From an uncultured Thermoleophilia bacterium (GTDB lineage: Bacteria; Actinomycetota; Thermoleophilia; Gaiellales; Gaiellaceae): a DNA stretch of 64,000 nucleotides. The DNA is taken from NCBI GenBank assembly GCA_963722035.1, contig CAVRLG010000001.1, forward strand, positions 8,703 through 72,702. Reading direction: 5' to 3'. Below, one piece after another: positions 47,564-56,718 of the stretch; the stretch's first letter is position 1; the number at the start of each line of letters is the position of its first letter. The notes under the pieces were generated by a model. The model saw nothing but the letters and a program-made list of their open reading frames with translations. It ran no database searches and was not told the DNA's origin. Position numbers and translations under genes: made by a program.

Positions 47564-49649
47564 CGCCATTCGTCGAGTCCCGGCTTGGGCCTGGCTCGTC
47601 GCCATCGTCGTCGGCTCTGCGGTGTTTCGCGCAATCCTCGGTCGCGGGATCGTCGCCCCTTTCATCATGGTCGACGAGATCATCTGGTCCGAGGTCGCAC
47701 GCGGCCTTGCGGACGCGGGCGAGCCGCTCCTGCGAGATCGGCCGGATCCCGGCTACAGCATCGTGTACCCCCTCCTGATCAGCCCTGTCTACGCCCTCTT
47801 CGAGAGCCTGCCCGACGCCTACGCGGCCCTGAAGGTGCTGAACGCGGTGCTGATGTCGCTTGCCGCGGTGCCTGCGTACTTCCTCGCCCGGCGGGTCGTG
47901 CGCGACGGGCTCGCTCTCCTTGCGGCGCTCCTCGCGGTGGCGCTTCCATCTCTCGCCTACACGGGAACGGTCATGACGGAGAACGTCTTCTACCCGCTCT
48001 TCCTCGTGGTCACGCTCGTGCTCGTGCTCGTCCTGGAACGGCCGACGACGACGCGGATCGTCTTCCTCTTCGCGCTCCTCGGGCTCGCTTTCGCGACTCG
48101 CGTACAGGCGGTTGCCTTGCTTCCCGCGATCCTCGTTGCGCCATTCGTGCTCTCGATCTTCGAGCGTCGCGGACTCGGCTCGACGATCTCGCGCTTCCGC
48201 TCCCTGTACGGAATCACGGCAGGTTTCGTCGTAGCTGCCCTGGCGATCCAACTCGTCGGCGGGCGCTCGCCTCAGGAGTTGCTCGGGGCCTACTCGCCCG
48301 TCGACGAGACGAGCTACGACCTCGGCGAGGTCCTCCAGTACCTCGGGTGGCACGTCGCCGAGCTGTCTCTTTACGTGCTCGTGATTCCTCTCGCTGCGAC
48401 GATCGTCCTCGTGGGGAGCGCGCGCTCGCTCGACCAGCGCCTGCAAGCATTCCTCGCGGCGACGGTCTCGTTGACGGTCTGCCTCGTTCCTGTCGTGGCC
48501 GCGTTTGCCTCGCGATTCTCCGACCGAATCGAGGAGCGGAACCTGTTCTACGTGGCGCCTCTCCTCTGCATCGGACTGCTCGCCTGGGTTGAGCGCGGGG
48601 CAGCGCGCCCTCGAGTGCTCACAACGGCCGCAGCGGTCGTCTCCGCGCTACTCGTCGTCGCCATCCCCTTCGATCGTTTCCTGACGACCTCCGCGATCAC
48701 GGACACGTTGATGCTGCTGCCGCTGTGGTCGCTCCAGGACCGGATCGGAGACGACTGGATCACTCTCGCCGCAGCCGCGCTCGCTGCGAGCCTCGCGGCC
48801 GCGTTCCTCTTCGTCCCGCGGCGCTACGCGCTTGCGCTCCCTCTGCTCGTGCTGGGCCTCTGGATATTCGCCATTCGCCCCATCTGGTGGGGAACCCACG
48901 GCTTCGAGCGGTTCTCTCGTGGAGCGCTCTTCCAGGGGATCCGCACGGCCGAGCGCGACTGGGTAGACCGCGCGTTGCCTTCTGACGCTCGCGCGGCTTT
49001 CCTCTGGACCGGACGCACCGACCGGCTGACTGTGAACGAAACCGAGTTCTTCAACCGAAGTGTCGGGCCTGTGTACTACATCACCGATCCGACACCCGGC
49101 GGACTTCCGGAGACGCGCGTGAGAATCCACCCGAGAACGGGTCGAGTGACGCTCGCAAACGGTGCTCCGGTGCGGGATCGGTTCCTGCTCGCGGACTCGT
49201 CGTTCGAGCCGGACGGCGAAGCACTCGCGCGAGACAAGGGGTGGGGCGTGACGCTCTGGCGCGTGAATGCGCCGCTCGTGTCTGCAGTTCGGATCGACGG
49301 GCTGTACCCGAACGACACCTGGTCCGGAAAGACGGTCACGTATGTGCGCCGTCGGTGCGTTCCCGGACGCCTCGCGGTGTCGCTGTCCAGCGACCCGAGT
49401 CTCTTCCTCGAACCGCAGACAGTGGTTGCACGCTCGAATGGAGCCGTCGTAGGACGCGTCCGACTTCGACCCGAGGGACGAGCTGTGTTGAACGTTCCCG
49501 TCGCTCCGCTCCCTGGTACGAGCGACTGCCGAGTCGTCTACACGGTCATGCCGACGGCCGTGCCGGCCGACGTGATCGGCGGCGAGAACACGGATCCCCG
49601 AGAGCTCGGAGCGCACTTCAATCGCTTCGTCTACGAGCCGGGGCCATGA
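47556..49649 (+). CDS. GT-C-type polytopic membrane glycosyltransferase with a large C-terminal soluble domain
   Basis: Intact 697-aa ORF. First-loop acidic motif FIMVDEIIWSEVARGLADAGEP. About 11 or more TM helices, then a beta-rich tail of about 220 aa. Paralogous in layout to 54538..56718. Confidence 0.78.
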   Translation: MDNAIRRVPAWAWLVAIVVGSAVFRAILGRGIVAPFIMVDEIIWSEVARGLADAGEPLLRDRPDPGYSIVYPLLISPVYALFESLPDAYAALKVLNAVLMSLAAVPAYFLARRVVRDGLALLAALLAVALPSLAYTGTVMTENVFYPLFLVVTLVLVLVLERPTTTRIVFLFALLGLAFATRVQAVALLPAILVAPFVLSIFERRGLGSTISRFRSLYGITAGFVVAALAIQLVGGRSPQELLGAYSPVDETSYDLGEVLQYLGWHVAELSLYVLVIPLAATIVLVGSARSLDQRLQAFLAATVSLTVCLVPVVAAFASRFSDRIEERNLFYVAPLLCIGLLAWVERGAARPRVLTTAAAVVSALLVVAIPFDRFLTTSAITDTLMLLPLWSLQDRIGDDWITLAAAALAASLAAAFLFVPRRYALALPLLVLGLWIFAIRPIWWGTHGFERFSRGALFQGIRTAERDWVDRALPSDARAAFLWTGRTDRLTVNETEFFNRSVGPVYYITDPTPGGLPETRVRIHPRTGRVTLANGAPVRDRFLLADSSFEPDGEALARDKGWGVTLWRVNAPLVSAVRIDGLYPNDTWSGKTVTYVRRRCVPGRLAVSLSSDPSLFLEPQTVVARSNGAVVGRVRLRPEGRAVLNVPVAPLPGTSDCRVVYTVMPTAVPADVIGGENTDPRELGAHFNRFVYEPGP

Positions 49650-50724
49650 GAGTCGCCTTTGACGTGAGCCCGCTGTCCCACCCGTTGCTGGGGATCGGAA
49701 ACTACATTCAAGGGTCCCTTGCCGGTCTCGCCGAAGCGTCAGCGGGCAAGCACGAGATCGTGGCGTTCGCGCCGACGAGCATCCGCGGCCCGCAGCGCAT
49801 TCGCGACGCCCTCACGCGAATCGACGTAGAGCTGCGGACCTGGCCGCTCCCGTTCTCGCATGCGCTGAGAACGGGCTGGAGCGTCGTTCGGCCACCCTTC
49901 TGCGGAACGGCTGATCGGCCGGTTCGACGTCCTTCACTTCAGCGACTGGATGTATCCCCCGCAGCGAGCTGGAGTCCGGGCGACGACGATCCACGATCTG
50001 GTACCGCTGCATCACCCCGAGTGGACGACCGCCAGGACGCGCTCGATGCACGGCCGCAAGTACAAGAACGCCGCCGAGACCTGTGACGTGGTGTTCGTGA
50101 ACTCGGAGTACACGGGCCGTGACGTGATCGAGTCGCTCGGAGTCTCGGCGGATCGAGTCAGGGTCGCCCGTCCCGCCGCGAAGGACGTGTTCCGCGCGGA
50201 CGGGCCGGCGGCCCGAGCTCGACGGTCCGTACATCCTCACCGTCGCGACGCTCGAGCCGCGCAAGAACCTACAGACGCTCGTCGAAGCCCACCGCCTGCT
50301 CGGCGGTGACCTTCTCCTCGCGGTCGTCGGTGCAGAAGGCTGGGGCGAACAGCCGCTGCTCGACAACCCGCGGGTTCGGCGGCTCGGGTACGTCCCGGAC
50401 GAGGAGTTGGCGCGGCTCTACCGAGGTGCTGCCGTTGTTGTCTACCCCTCCCGCTTCGAGGGGTTCGGAATACCGGTGATCGAGGCCATGGCCTGCGGCG
50501 TCCCCGTGGTCGCGTCGTCGCACGCGTCGCTCGACGAGGCGAGCGGAGATGCAGCCGTGCGCGCGAATCCCGACGATCCTTCGGCGATCGCCGGTGCAAT
50601 CGAGCGCGCGCTGGCCGAGCGTGAGCGGCTCGTGGTCGCCGGGCTCGAGCACGTGCGGAGCTTCTCGTGGCGCGCCGTCGGCGAGACCCTCTTGCGCGGC
50701 TACGAGGACGCGACAGTTCGATGA
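49646..50724 (+). pseudogene. Glycosyltransferase family 4, two +1 frameshifts (about 49895 and 50210)
   Basis: Frame 2 gives MRVAFDVSPLSHPLLGIGNYIQG...ALRTGWS. Frame 0 gives ERLIGRFDVLHFSDWMYPPQ...TIHDLVPLHHPEW...VFVNSEYTGRDV...FRADGPAA. Frame 1 gives ELDGPYILTVATLEPRKNL...YPSRFEGFGIPVIEAMACGVPVVASS. Confidence 0.72.
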
Positions 50725-51155
50725 GGAGAGGCACCGAGGTCGTGGTCGTCGTCCAGCGCGAAGGCGAGTACCTGGTACTTCGCAGAGCTCCCGAGCGGCT
50801 TGGGTACTGGAGTCTCGTGGCTGGTGAGGTCGAGCCCGATGAGACGCCGGCCGTCGCTGCACGACGCGAGCTTTGGGAGGAGGCGCGTCTCGACGCCGAG
50901 GTCGTCGAGCTCCCTGCAGCGCTCTCGTACTCGCTCCTCGACGACCCGCCCGCGGTCCGCGCGCGGTATGCACCGGGGGTCGAGACCGTGACGGTTCATC
51001 CGTTCCGAGCCGAGGCGGCGCCCGGATGGGAGCCGGTCCTCGACGCCGAGCACGACATCTACCGATGGTGTAATGCGGAGGACGCGGTGCAGCTCCTGGG
51101 CTACGAGACGCTCAGGGACGCCGTCAGCGCTGCAGAACGGGCGGTCGCCTCGTGA
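50721..51155 (+). CDS. Nudix hydrolase (possibly a Gmm/WcaH-like NDP-sugar hydrolase)
   Basis: ATG 50721 with ATGA overlap. Nudix box GEVEPDETPAVAARRELWEEARL. Confidence 0.85.
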   Translation: MRRGTEVVVVVQREGEYLVLRRAPERLGYWSLVAGEVEPDETPAVAARRELWEEARLDAEVVELPAALSYSLLDDPPAVRARYAPGVETVTVHPFRAEAAPGWEPVLDAEHDIYRWCNAEDAVQLLGYETLRDAVSAAERAVAS

Positions 51156-52120
51156 GGGTCGGAGTCGACACGTCGCCACTGATCCAGACGCGAGCCGGCA
51201 CGGCTCGTCACGTCCGCGGGCTGCTCGGCGCGCTTCGCGGACGCCCCGATCTCGACCTCGAGCTCCTCTCGTTCGGAGGCCCCGGTCGCGCTTCGAGCGT
51301 CGTTCGTGACGCGCTCTGGTATCCGGTCGGCCTGTCGCGGCGTGCTCGAACGCTAGACGTTCTCCACTGCGCGACGTTTAGAGGGCCACGCGGTGCCCGC
51401 GTTCCGACCGTGCTTACCGTCCACGACCTGGCCATCCTGCGCTTTCCCGAGGCGTTTCCTCGCTGGCACCGTCTCTACGGGAGAGCCGGGCTTGCGCGCG
51501 TGCTCCGCGCTGCGGACGCGATCGTCGCTGTATCCGAGTTTACGAAGCAGGAGACGATCGAACTCGTCGGCGTCCCGGACGAGCGAATCCGTGTGATCCC
51601 GAACGGTGTCGACTCGGTCTTCGGCGTCGACGGCCCGCAGGCGGACGGAGAGTATGTGCTCGCGGTTGCGACGCTCGAGCCACGGAAGAACCTCGCCAAT
51701 GCGGTCGAGGCAGTACGCCTGGCCGGGGTCGAGCTGCGCGTGGTCGGCGCCCGCGGCTGGGGTCGCGTGGACGTTCCGGGCTGGGTAGGAGAGATCCCGG
51801 ACCCCGCGCTTGCGGCTCTCTACCGCGGCGCGCGCTGCGTGCTCTACCCCTCGATGTACGAGGGCTTCGGGCTTCCGGTGCTCGAGGCGATGGCGTGCGG
51901 CACGCCGGTCGTGACCTCGCTCGGAGCCGCCATGGAGGAGATCGCCGGCGGAGCCGCCGTCCTAGTCGACCCGCTCGACCCGTCCTCTATCGCAAACGGG
52001 ATCACAAAGGCCGAGGCGAGCCGCGACAAGCTCGTCGCGATGGGTCTGACCCGTGCGCATGGGTTCACGTGGAAGCGGACCGCCGACGCCGTAGTGGAGC
52101 TGTGGAGGGAGCTCGCGTGA
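51152..52120 (+). CDS. Glycosyltransferase family 4
   Basis: Intact 322-aa ORF. TVHDLAILRFPE; LYPSMYEGFGLPVLEAMACGTPVVTS. Confidence 0.9.
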   Translation: MRVGVDTSPLIQTRAGTARHVRGLLGALRGRPDLDLELLSFGGPGRASSVVRDALWYPVGLSRRARTLDVLHCATFRGPRGARVPTVLTVHDLAILRFPEAFPRWHRLYGRAGLARVLRAADAIVAVSEFTKQETIELVGVPDERIRVIPNGVDSVFGVDGPQADGEYVLAVATLEPRKNLANAVEAVRLAGVELRVVGARGWGRVDVPGWVGEIPDPALAALYRGARCVLYPSMYEGFGLPVLEAMACGTPVVTSLGAAMEEIAGGAAVLVDPLDPSSIANGITKAEASRDKLVAMGLTRAHGFTWKRTADAVVELWRELA

Positions 52121-53160
52121 AGGTCGTGGCACTCGACGCCGACGTCCTTGGCCGACAGCGAACGGGCGACGAGACCTACGTCCTCAACCTGCTCCGCGAG
52201 CTCGGGCCGCTCGCGCCTGAAGCCGGGATCAGGCTCGTCGCCCTCACGCGTCGGCCGGATCTCGTGCCCCCTGGTACTGAAGCCCTGGAGCTCCGGGCTC
52301 GTTCACAGGAGCTTCGCATGGCCTGGTTGCTGCCACGTGCGCTTCGACGCCTCGATGCTGACCTCTGTCACACGCAGTACGCGGTACCGCTTCGTGCGCC
52401 GTGCCCGTGCGTCGTAACCGTCCACGACCTTTCGTTCGAGCGTAATCCGGAACTGATGAGTCGGAAGGACAGGCTTGTGTTCCGAAGGATCGTGCCAGTA
52501 TCCGTGCGCAAGGCGGAGCGCGTCTTCACCGTCTCCGACCGCACGAAGATCGACCTCGTGGAGCTTTACGGCACGCCGGCGGACAAGATCGTCGTGACCC
52601 CGAACGGCGTCGATCCGATTTTCCGGCCCCTCGCTTCGGGCGAGGAGCCGCCGCGTGACAAAGTTTCACCCGGCTCGTTTGTCCTCGCAGTCGGGGCGAT
52701 CCAGCGGCGCAAGAACCAACTCGCGGCACTGGAAGCCGCCACGGCCGTCGGCCTGCCTCTCGTCGTTGCGGGACCGGAGAAAGAGCCTGACGTTGCCGCC
52801 GAGCTCCGGCGGCGCGGTGCGCGACTCGACGGCTACGTCACCACCGCGCGCCTCGCCGAGCTCTACCGCGGCGCAGTCTGCCTCGTGCAGTCATCTCGAT
52901 ATGAGGGGTTCGGGCTCCCGGTGCTCGAGGCGATGGCGTCGGGAACGCCCGTCGTGGCCGTTCCCGATCCCGCTCTACGTGAAGTTGCCGGCGATGCAGC
53001 GGTGTTCGTGGACGAGGGCGGTCTCGCGGACGGAATCCGGCAGGCGGTGGAGGACCGCGACCGTCTCGTCGAGGCCGGTCTCGAGCGTGCGCGTGCGTTC
53101 ACCTGGCGCGCCGCCGCCGAACGAACGCTCGCCGTCTATCGCGAGGTGCTCGACGCATGA
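52117..53160 (+). CDS. Glycosyltransferase family 4
   Basis: GTG 52117 with GTGA overlap. VTVHDLSFERNPE; VQSSRYEGFGLPVLEAMASGTPVVAV. Confidence 0.9.
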   Translation: MKVVALDADVLGRQRTGDETYVLNLLRELGPLAPEAGIRLVALTRRPDLVPPGTEALELRARSQELRMAWLLPRALRRLDADLCHTQYAVPLRAPCPCVVTVHDLSFERNPELMSRKDRLVFRRIVPVSVRKAERVFTVSDRTKIDLVELYGTPADKIVVTPNGVDPIFRPLASGEEPPRDKVSPGSFVLAVGAIQRRKNQLAALEAATAVGLPLVVAGPEKEPDVAAELRRRGARLDGYVTTARLAELYRGAVCLVQSSRYEGFGLPVLEAMASGTPVVAVPDPALREVAGDAAVFVDEGGLADGIRQAVEDRDRLVEAGLERARAFTWRAAAERTLAVYREVLDA

Positions 53161-53918
53161 AGGTCTCCGCGGTCGTCGTCTCGCACGGGCACGGCGTGGA
53201 GCTCCAGGGCTCGTTGCCCGCGCTCGTCCCGCAGGTCGACGAGATCGTGGTGATCGCGAACGTGCCGGGCTCCGTCGGGCAGGTGGTGCCCGACGGCGTA
53301 AGCGTGCTCGAGAACCCGCGCCCGCTGACACTCGCCGCGAACGTCAATCTCGGAATCGCAGCGACCTCCGGTGACTACGTGCTGAACGCGAACCCCGACG
53401 CGATAGCCGAGGCCGGTGCCGTGGCCGCGCTCGTCGCCTTTGCGGACTCCCACCCGCGTTGCGGCATTGCGGGGCCGCAGATGCGCTGGCCGGACGGGAG
53501 CTGGCAGCCGTCGCGTCGTCGTTTTCCGACCGTCCGCGGCACCGTGATGCGCCGGACGCCCCTGAGGCGGTTCCGGCCCCCGTATGAGGCGCAGCGCGAG
53601 CATTACTCCCTCGACGACCGGCCGACCGAGCCGGCACCGGCAGACTGGATGCTTGGTGCGTTCTTGCTCATGCGGCGCTCGATGCTCGACGAGATCGGCG
53701 GGTGGGATGCCGGTTTCCGGCACTACTGCGAGGACATCGATGTCTGCTATCGCGCCATGCAGGCCGGCTGGGAACGTTGGTACGTCCCCGACGCGATCGT
53801 CAAGCACGACTACGCAGCCGTCATCGACCGACACTTCTTCTCTCGCCACACGCTCTGGCATGCGCGCGGGATGGCGCGCTTCGTCCGCAAGCATCCGGAA
53901 CGCCTCCTCGCTCTATGA
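53157..53918 (+). CDS. Glycosyltransferase family 2
   Basis: Intact 253-aa ORF. VSAVVVSHGHGVELQGSLPAL, YVLNANPDA, GAFLLMRRSMLDEIGGWDAGFRHYCEDIDVCYR. Confidence 0.85.
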   Translation: MKVSAVVVSHGHGVELQGSLPALVPQVDEIVVIANVPGSVGQVVPDGVSVLENPRPLTLAANVNLGIAATSGDYVLNANPDAIAEAGAVAALVAFADSHPRCGIAGPQMRWPDGSWQPSRRRFPTVRGTVMRRTPLRRFRPPYEAQREHYSLDDRPTEPAPADWMLGAFLLMRRSMLDEIGGWDAGFRHYCEDIDVCYRAMQAGWERWYVPDAIVKHDYAAVIDRHFFSRHTLWHARGMARFVRKHPERLLAL

Positions 53919-54541
53919 GCGCGAAGGAAGATAAGTACGCTCGGCAGGCCGACGCCTGGACCGAGCGAGCGTATGCGAATGCGGCGGCCTATCTCGCTCA
54001 CAGGGCGGACCTGATCACGACGCTCGGACCGCCGCTCGAGCCGGGTGACGAGGTGCTCGATCTCGCGTGCGGCGACGGCGGCCTCGGCAAGCTCTTGCTC
54101 GCGCGCGAGCTTCGCTATCGCGGCGTCGACTCGACTCCGGAGATGGTCGCCGAGGCGCGTCGACGCCTTGGCGCGCGAGCGCTGGTGGAACTCGGCGACC
54201 TCAACGCGTACACCCCGCCAAGCCCGGTCGCCGCGACGACGATCTTCCGCGCCATCTACTACGCCATGGACCGCCGCGCCTTCTTCGAGCACGTCGCCGC
54301 GTACACCGAGAAGAAGCTCGTCTTCGACCTGAATCCGCGGCAATACCGCCCGGACGATGTCGTGGACGACCTCCGTGCCGCAGGTTTCGGCCAAGTCACT
54401 CTGCGGCCGTTCTTCATCCCGCAGACGGTCGCGCTCCCAGACATGCTGGCCTCGGCCGCAAAAGCGCTCGAGCGCTCGGGTCCGCTCGCGCGGCTCGTGC
54501 TTCGAGCACGCTTTACGTACGTCGTCACGGCGTCGCGTTAG
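53915..54541 (+). CDS. Class I SAM-dependent methyltransferase
   Basis: ATG 53915 with ATGA overlap. EVLDLACGDGGLGKLL (motif I). Confidence 0.8.
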   Translation: MSAKEDKYARQADAWTERAYANAAAYLAHRADLITTLGPPLEPGDEVLDLACGDGGLGKLLLARELRYRGVDSTPEMVAEARRRLGARALVELGDLNAYTPPSPVAATTIFRAIYYAMDRRAFFEHVAAYTEKKLVFDLNPRQYRPDDVVDDLRAAGFGQVTLRPFFIPQTVALPDMLASAAKALERSGPLARLVLRARFTYVVTASR

Positions 54542-56718
54542 CGGAAGAGCGGCTGGAAGTGGATGTCGAGCACGCCTCCAAGTTGACGGCGATCGCTCTT
54601 CGAGGGGTCGATCTCGTTTGGCGAGAACGTAGGTGCCATCGTTACTTCGACGCGCCACGGGACGTTCGGAGCGTTGAGGAGAACGCCGTTGGTCTCGCAG
54701 TCCTTCACCACGAACGTCCGCGTTTCGGTGGCCGCCCCGATCGCCGGCTGCTTGTCCGGGCCGATCGCGACCGGGCCGATACGAACGATTGCAGTGCCTG
54801 CTCCTCGGCGTCCCGGGTCCGGGCACCAGCCGAGCCGCGAGAGCTTGACAACGGCGAACCCAGGCCCGTCGCCCGAAACGTCATATCGCGTGTACGAGGC
54901 CCTGGCGACGTGCTCCCCGTTCATGCCGATGATCCACCCGTCCGACTCACGGCCGATCAACGCCTCGTTGAGCTTGGCCGGGCGGCCGTCGAGGCGATAG
55001 AGAATGGCGTTTTCGCGCCGTGCGACGATTGGGGCCTGGAGCGTGACGCCGTTCACGGCGAGCGCGTAGTCCGTTCCGGGAGATGGTGTCAGGGTTCCGT
55101 CCGTGGCGTCCAGGTCCGGTGTGAGGATCGGAGCGCCCACCCTGATCGCCGTGCCGTCGAGGCTCCACATCTTCCGGACCGCCGGATTGAAGAACTCGGT
55201 CAGCCAGATGTTCGTGGGGTCCGAGATCTGCTGCCCGAGGACGACGACCGAGCCACCACCGATCGCTTGCTCGACCCAGTCGTAAGGCTTCGGGAGATTC
55301 TGTGCGACCTGCCTCGAGAGGATCCGCTCGCCTTCCGCGGCGTACACCTGTGTCGTCATGCTCCAGCTGACGACGGCGATCGCAGCCGTACCCGCCAGAA
55401 CGCCGAATGCGAGCGACCCGCGCCGTACGAGCCGCAACGCGACAGCAATCCCGAGCGCTACGAGCGAGACGAGGACGAGGGCGTCGCCGATCGTATCCTC
55501 GGACCAGCCGAGCTCTCTGTTCGCGAAGGCAAGGATTGCGAGGCCGTGGGCCTCGTAGTACGGGTACTGGAGCACGATCGGGACGGCGTTGACGACGTAG
55601 AGCGTCGCGACTGCGGCAACGGCGATCGCCCAAGCTCTCCCCACGCCACGCGTGAGCGCCAGTGCCGTCGCGGCGAAGAGGACCGGAGCAAGGTAGATGA
55701 CGTTACGTTCGTAGACATAGGTCGCGAACACCGTGGAGACGTACGCGCCCTTGATGCCCGCGTACCAGACGAAGGCGCCGAGGGCGGCCGCGCTCGTGAC
55801 TACGAAGGCGCGCGTTTCACGATCGCGCGGCTCCCCCTTCGGCCGGGCGAGCGCTGCCACCCCGACGATCAGCGGGAGAACGCCGATCCCGATCGCGAGT
55901 GCGCCGATGGCCCACGCGGCGTGCTCGAAGATCCGGTCTTTGTAGATGAATGTCGTCTCCCGCCAGCTCGTCGACAGATGGCCCATCAGCGCCGAGAACG
56001 CGAGGACGGCGCCAAAGGCGAGAGTGATTGCGCCTGCCCAGTCCCATCGCGACCAACTGGCCCGCCAGCGGCGGCCGGGCTCGGACTCCCAGGCGAGCCA
56101 GAGCAGCCCCAGTGCCAGGACGGCGAAGAGGACCGCGAGCTGCGTTCGCGTCCACGCGGCCGCCGCGCACACCGCCACTGCTGCAGCGAGGCGTCCCCAG
56201 CTCGGGCACGCGAGCACCCGCGCGATCAACCAGAGCGCGACGGTCGCGAGCGGATAGGCGAGCGGCTCTTCGACGAGGATCGAGGAGTACGCGAGCGCGG
56301 GGACGACCGTCGCGGCGCCTGCCGCTGCCAGAGCGGGCCAGCGAGACACCACCATCCGCGCCAGGCCGTAGGCGGGAAACACGGTTGCCGTCATCGCGAG
56401 GACGAGCACGACCTTCGCCGTGGCATACGAGGCCGTTGCCGAGCCGAGCCACCACACCGGCGCCAGCACGTAGGCGACGAGAGTGGCGAGGCCGTATGGC
56501 TCTCCGCGCCGGGCGGGCTCCCCGGTCTCCGCGATCGCGCGCGACAGCTGCGTCAGCTCGAGCTCGTCGGTGAAGATCGTCGGCACCGGGTGTCGTGAGG
56601 CCTGCCACGCGTACAGCGCGGCGAGCCCGAAGTACACGACGAGCAGCGGGACGGCGGACTGGAGGCGAGCGAGCAGATCCGGGCGGGAGGTTCCGCCGGC
56701 GTTCGACGAGGACGTCAC
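54538..56718 (-). CDS. GT-C-type polytopic membrane glycosyltransferase with a C-terminal soluble domain (paralog-like to 47556..49649)
   Basis: GTG 56718 overlaps the stop of the upstream gene (GTGA). PTIFTDELELTQLSRAIAETGEPARRGEP first-loop motif, many TM helices, and a beta-rich tail of about 250 aa. The rest of the 1261-aa track ORF is an alternate frame of the upstream gene. Confidence 0.8.
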   Translation of the reverse strand: MTSSSNAGGTSRPDLLARLQSAVPLLVVYFGLAALYAWQASRHPVPTIFTDELELTQLSRAIAETGEPARRGEPYGLATLVAYVLAPVWWLGSATASYATAKVVLVLAMTATVFPAYGLARMVVSRWPALAAAGAATVVPALAYSSILVEEPLAYPLATVALWLIARVLACPSWGRLAAAVAVCAAAAWTRTQLAVLFAVLALGLLWLAWESEPGRRWRASWSRWDWAGAITLAFGAVLAFSALMGHLSTSWRETTFIYKDRIFEHAAWAIGALAIGIGVLPLIVGVAALARPKGEPRDRETRAFVVTSAAALGAFVWYAGIKGAYVSTVFATYVYERNVIYLAPVLFAATALALTRGVGRAWAIAVAAVATLYVVNAVPIVLQYPYYEAHGLAILAFANRELGWSEDTIGDALVLVSLVALGIAVALRLVRRGSLAFGVLAGTAAIAVVSWSMTTQVYAAEGERILSRQVAQNLPKPYDWVEQAIGGGSVVVLGQQISDPTNIWLTEFFNPAVRKMWSLDGTAIRVGAPILTPDLDATDGTLTPSPGTDYALAVNGVTLQAPIVARRENAILYRLDGRPAKLNEALIGRESDGWIIGMNGEHVARASYTRYDVSGDGPGFAVVKLSRLGWCPDPGRRGAGTAIVRIGPVAIGPDKQPAIGAATETRTFVVKDCETNGVLLNAPNVPWRVEVTMAPTFSPNEIDPSKSDRRQLGGVLDIHFQPLFR

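Noticed and set aside
794-50724. Programmed ribosomal frameshifting or slipped-strand phase variation as the explanation for the frame changes
   Set aside because: The sites I inspected (for example GCTTGAGGGC at 872, GGACACCCCGC at 30067, GCGGCAGTCGAC at 14455) show no slippery heptamer, long homopolymer or tandem short repeat. There are also too many sites, spread across unrelated genes. Sequencing indels or pseudogenisation are more economical explanations.
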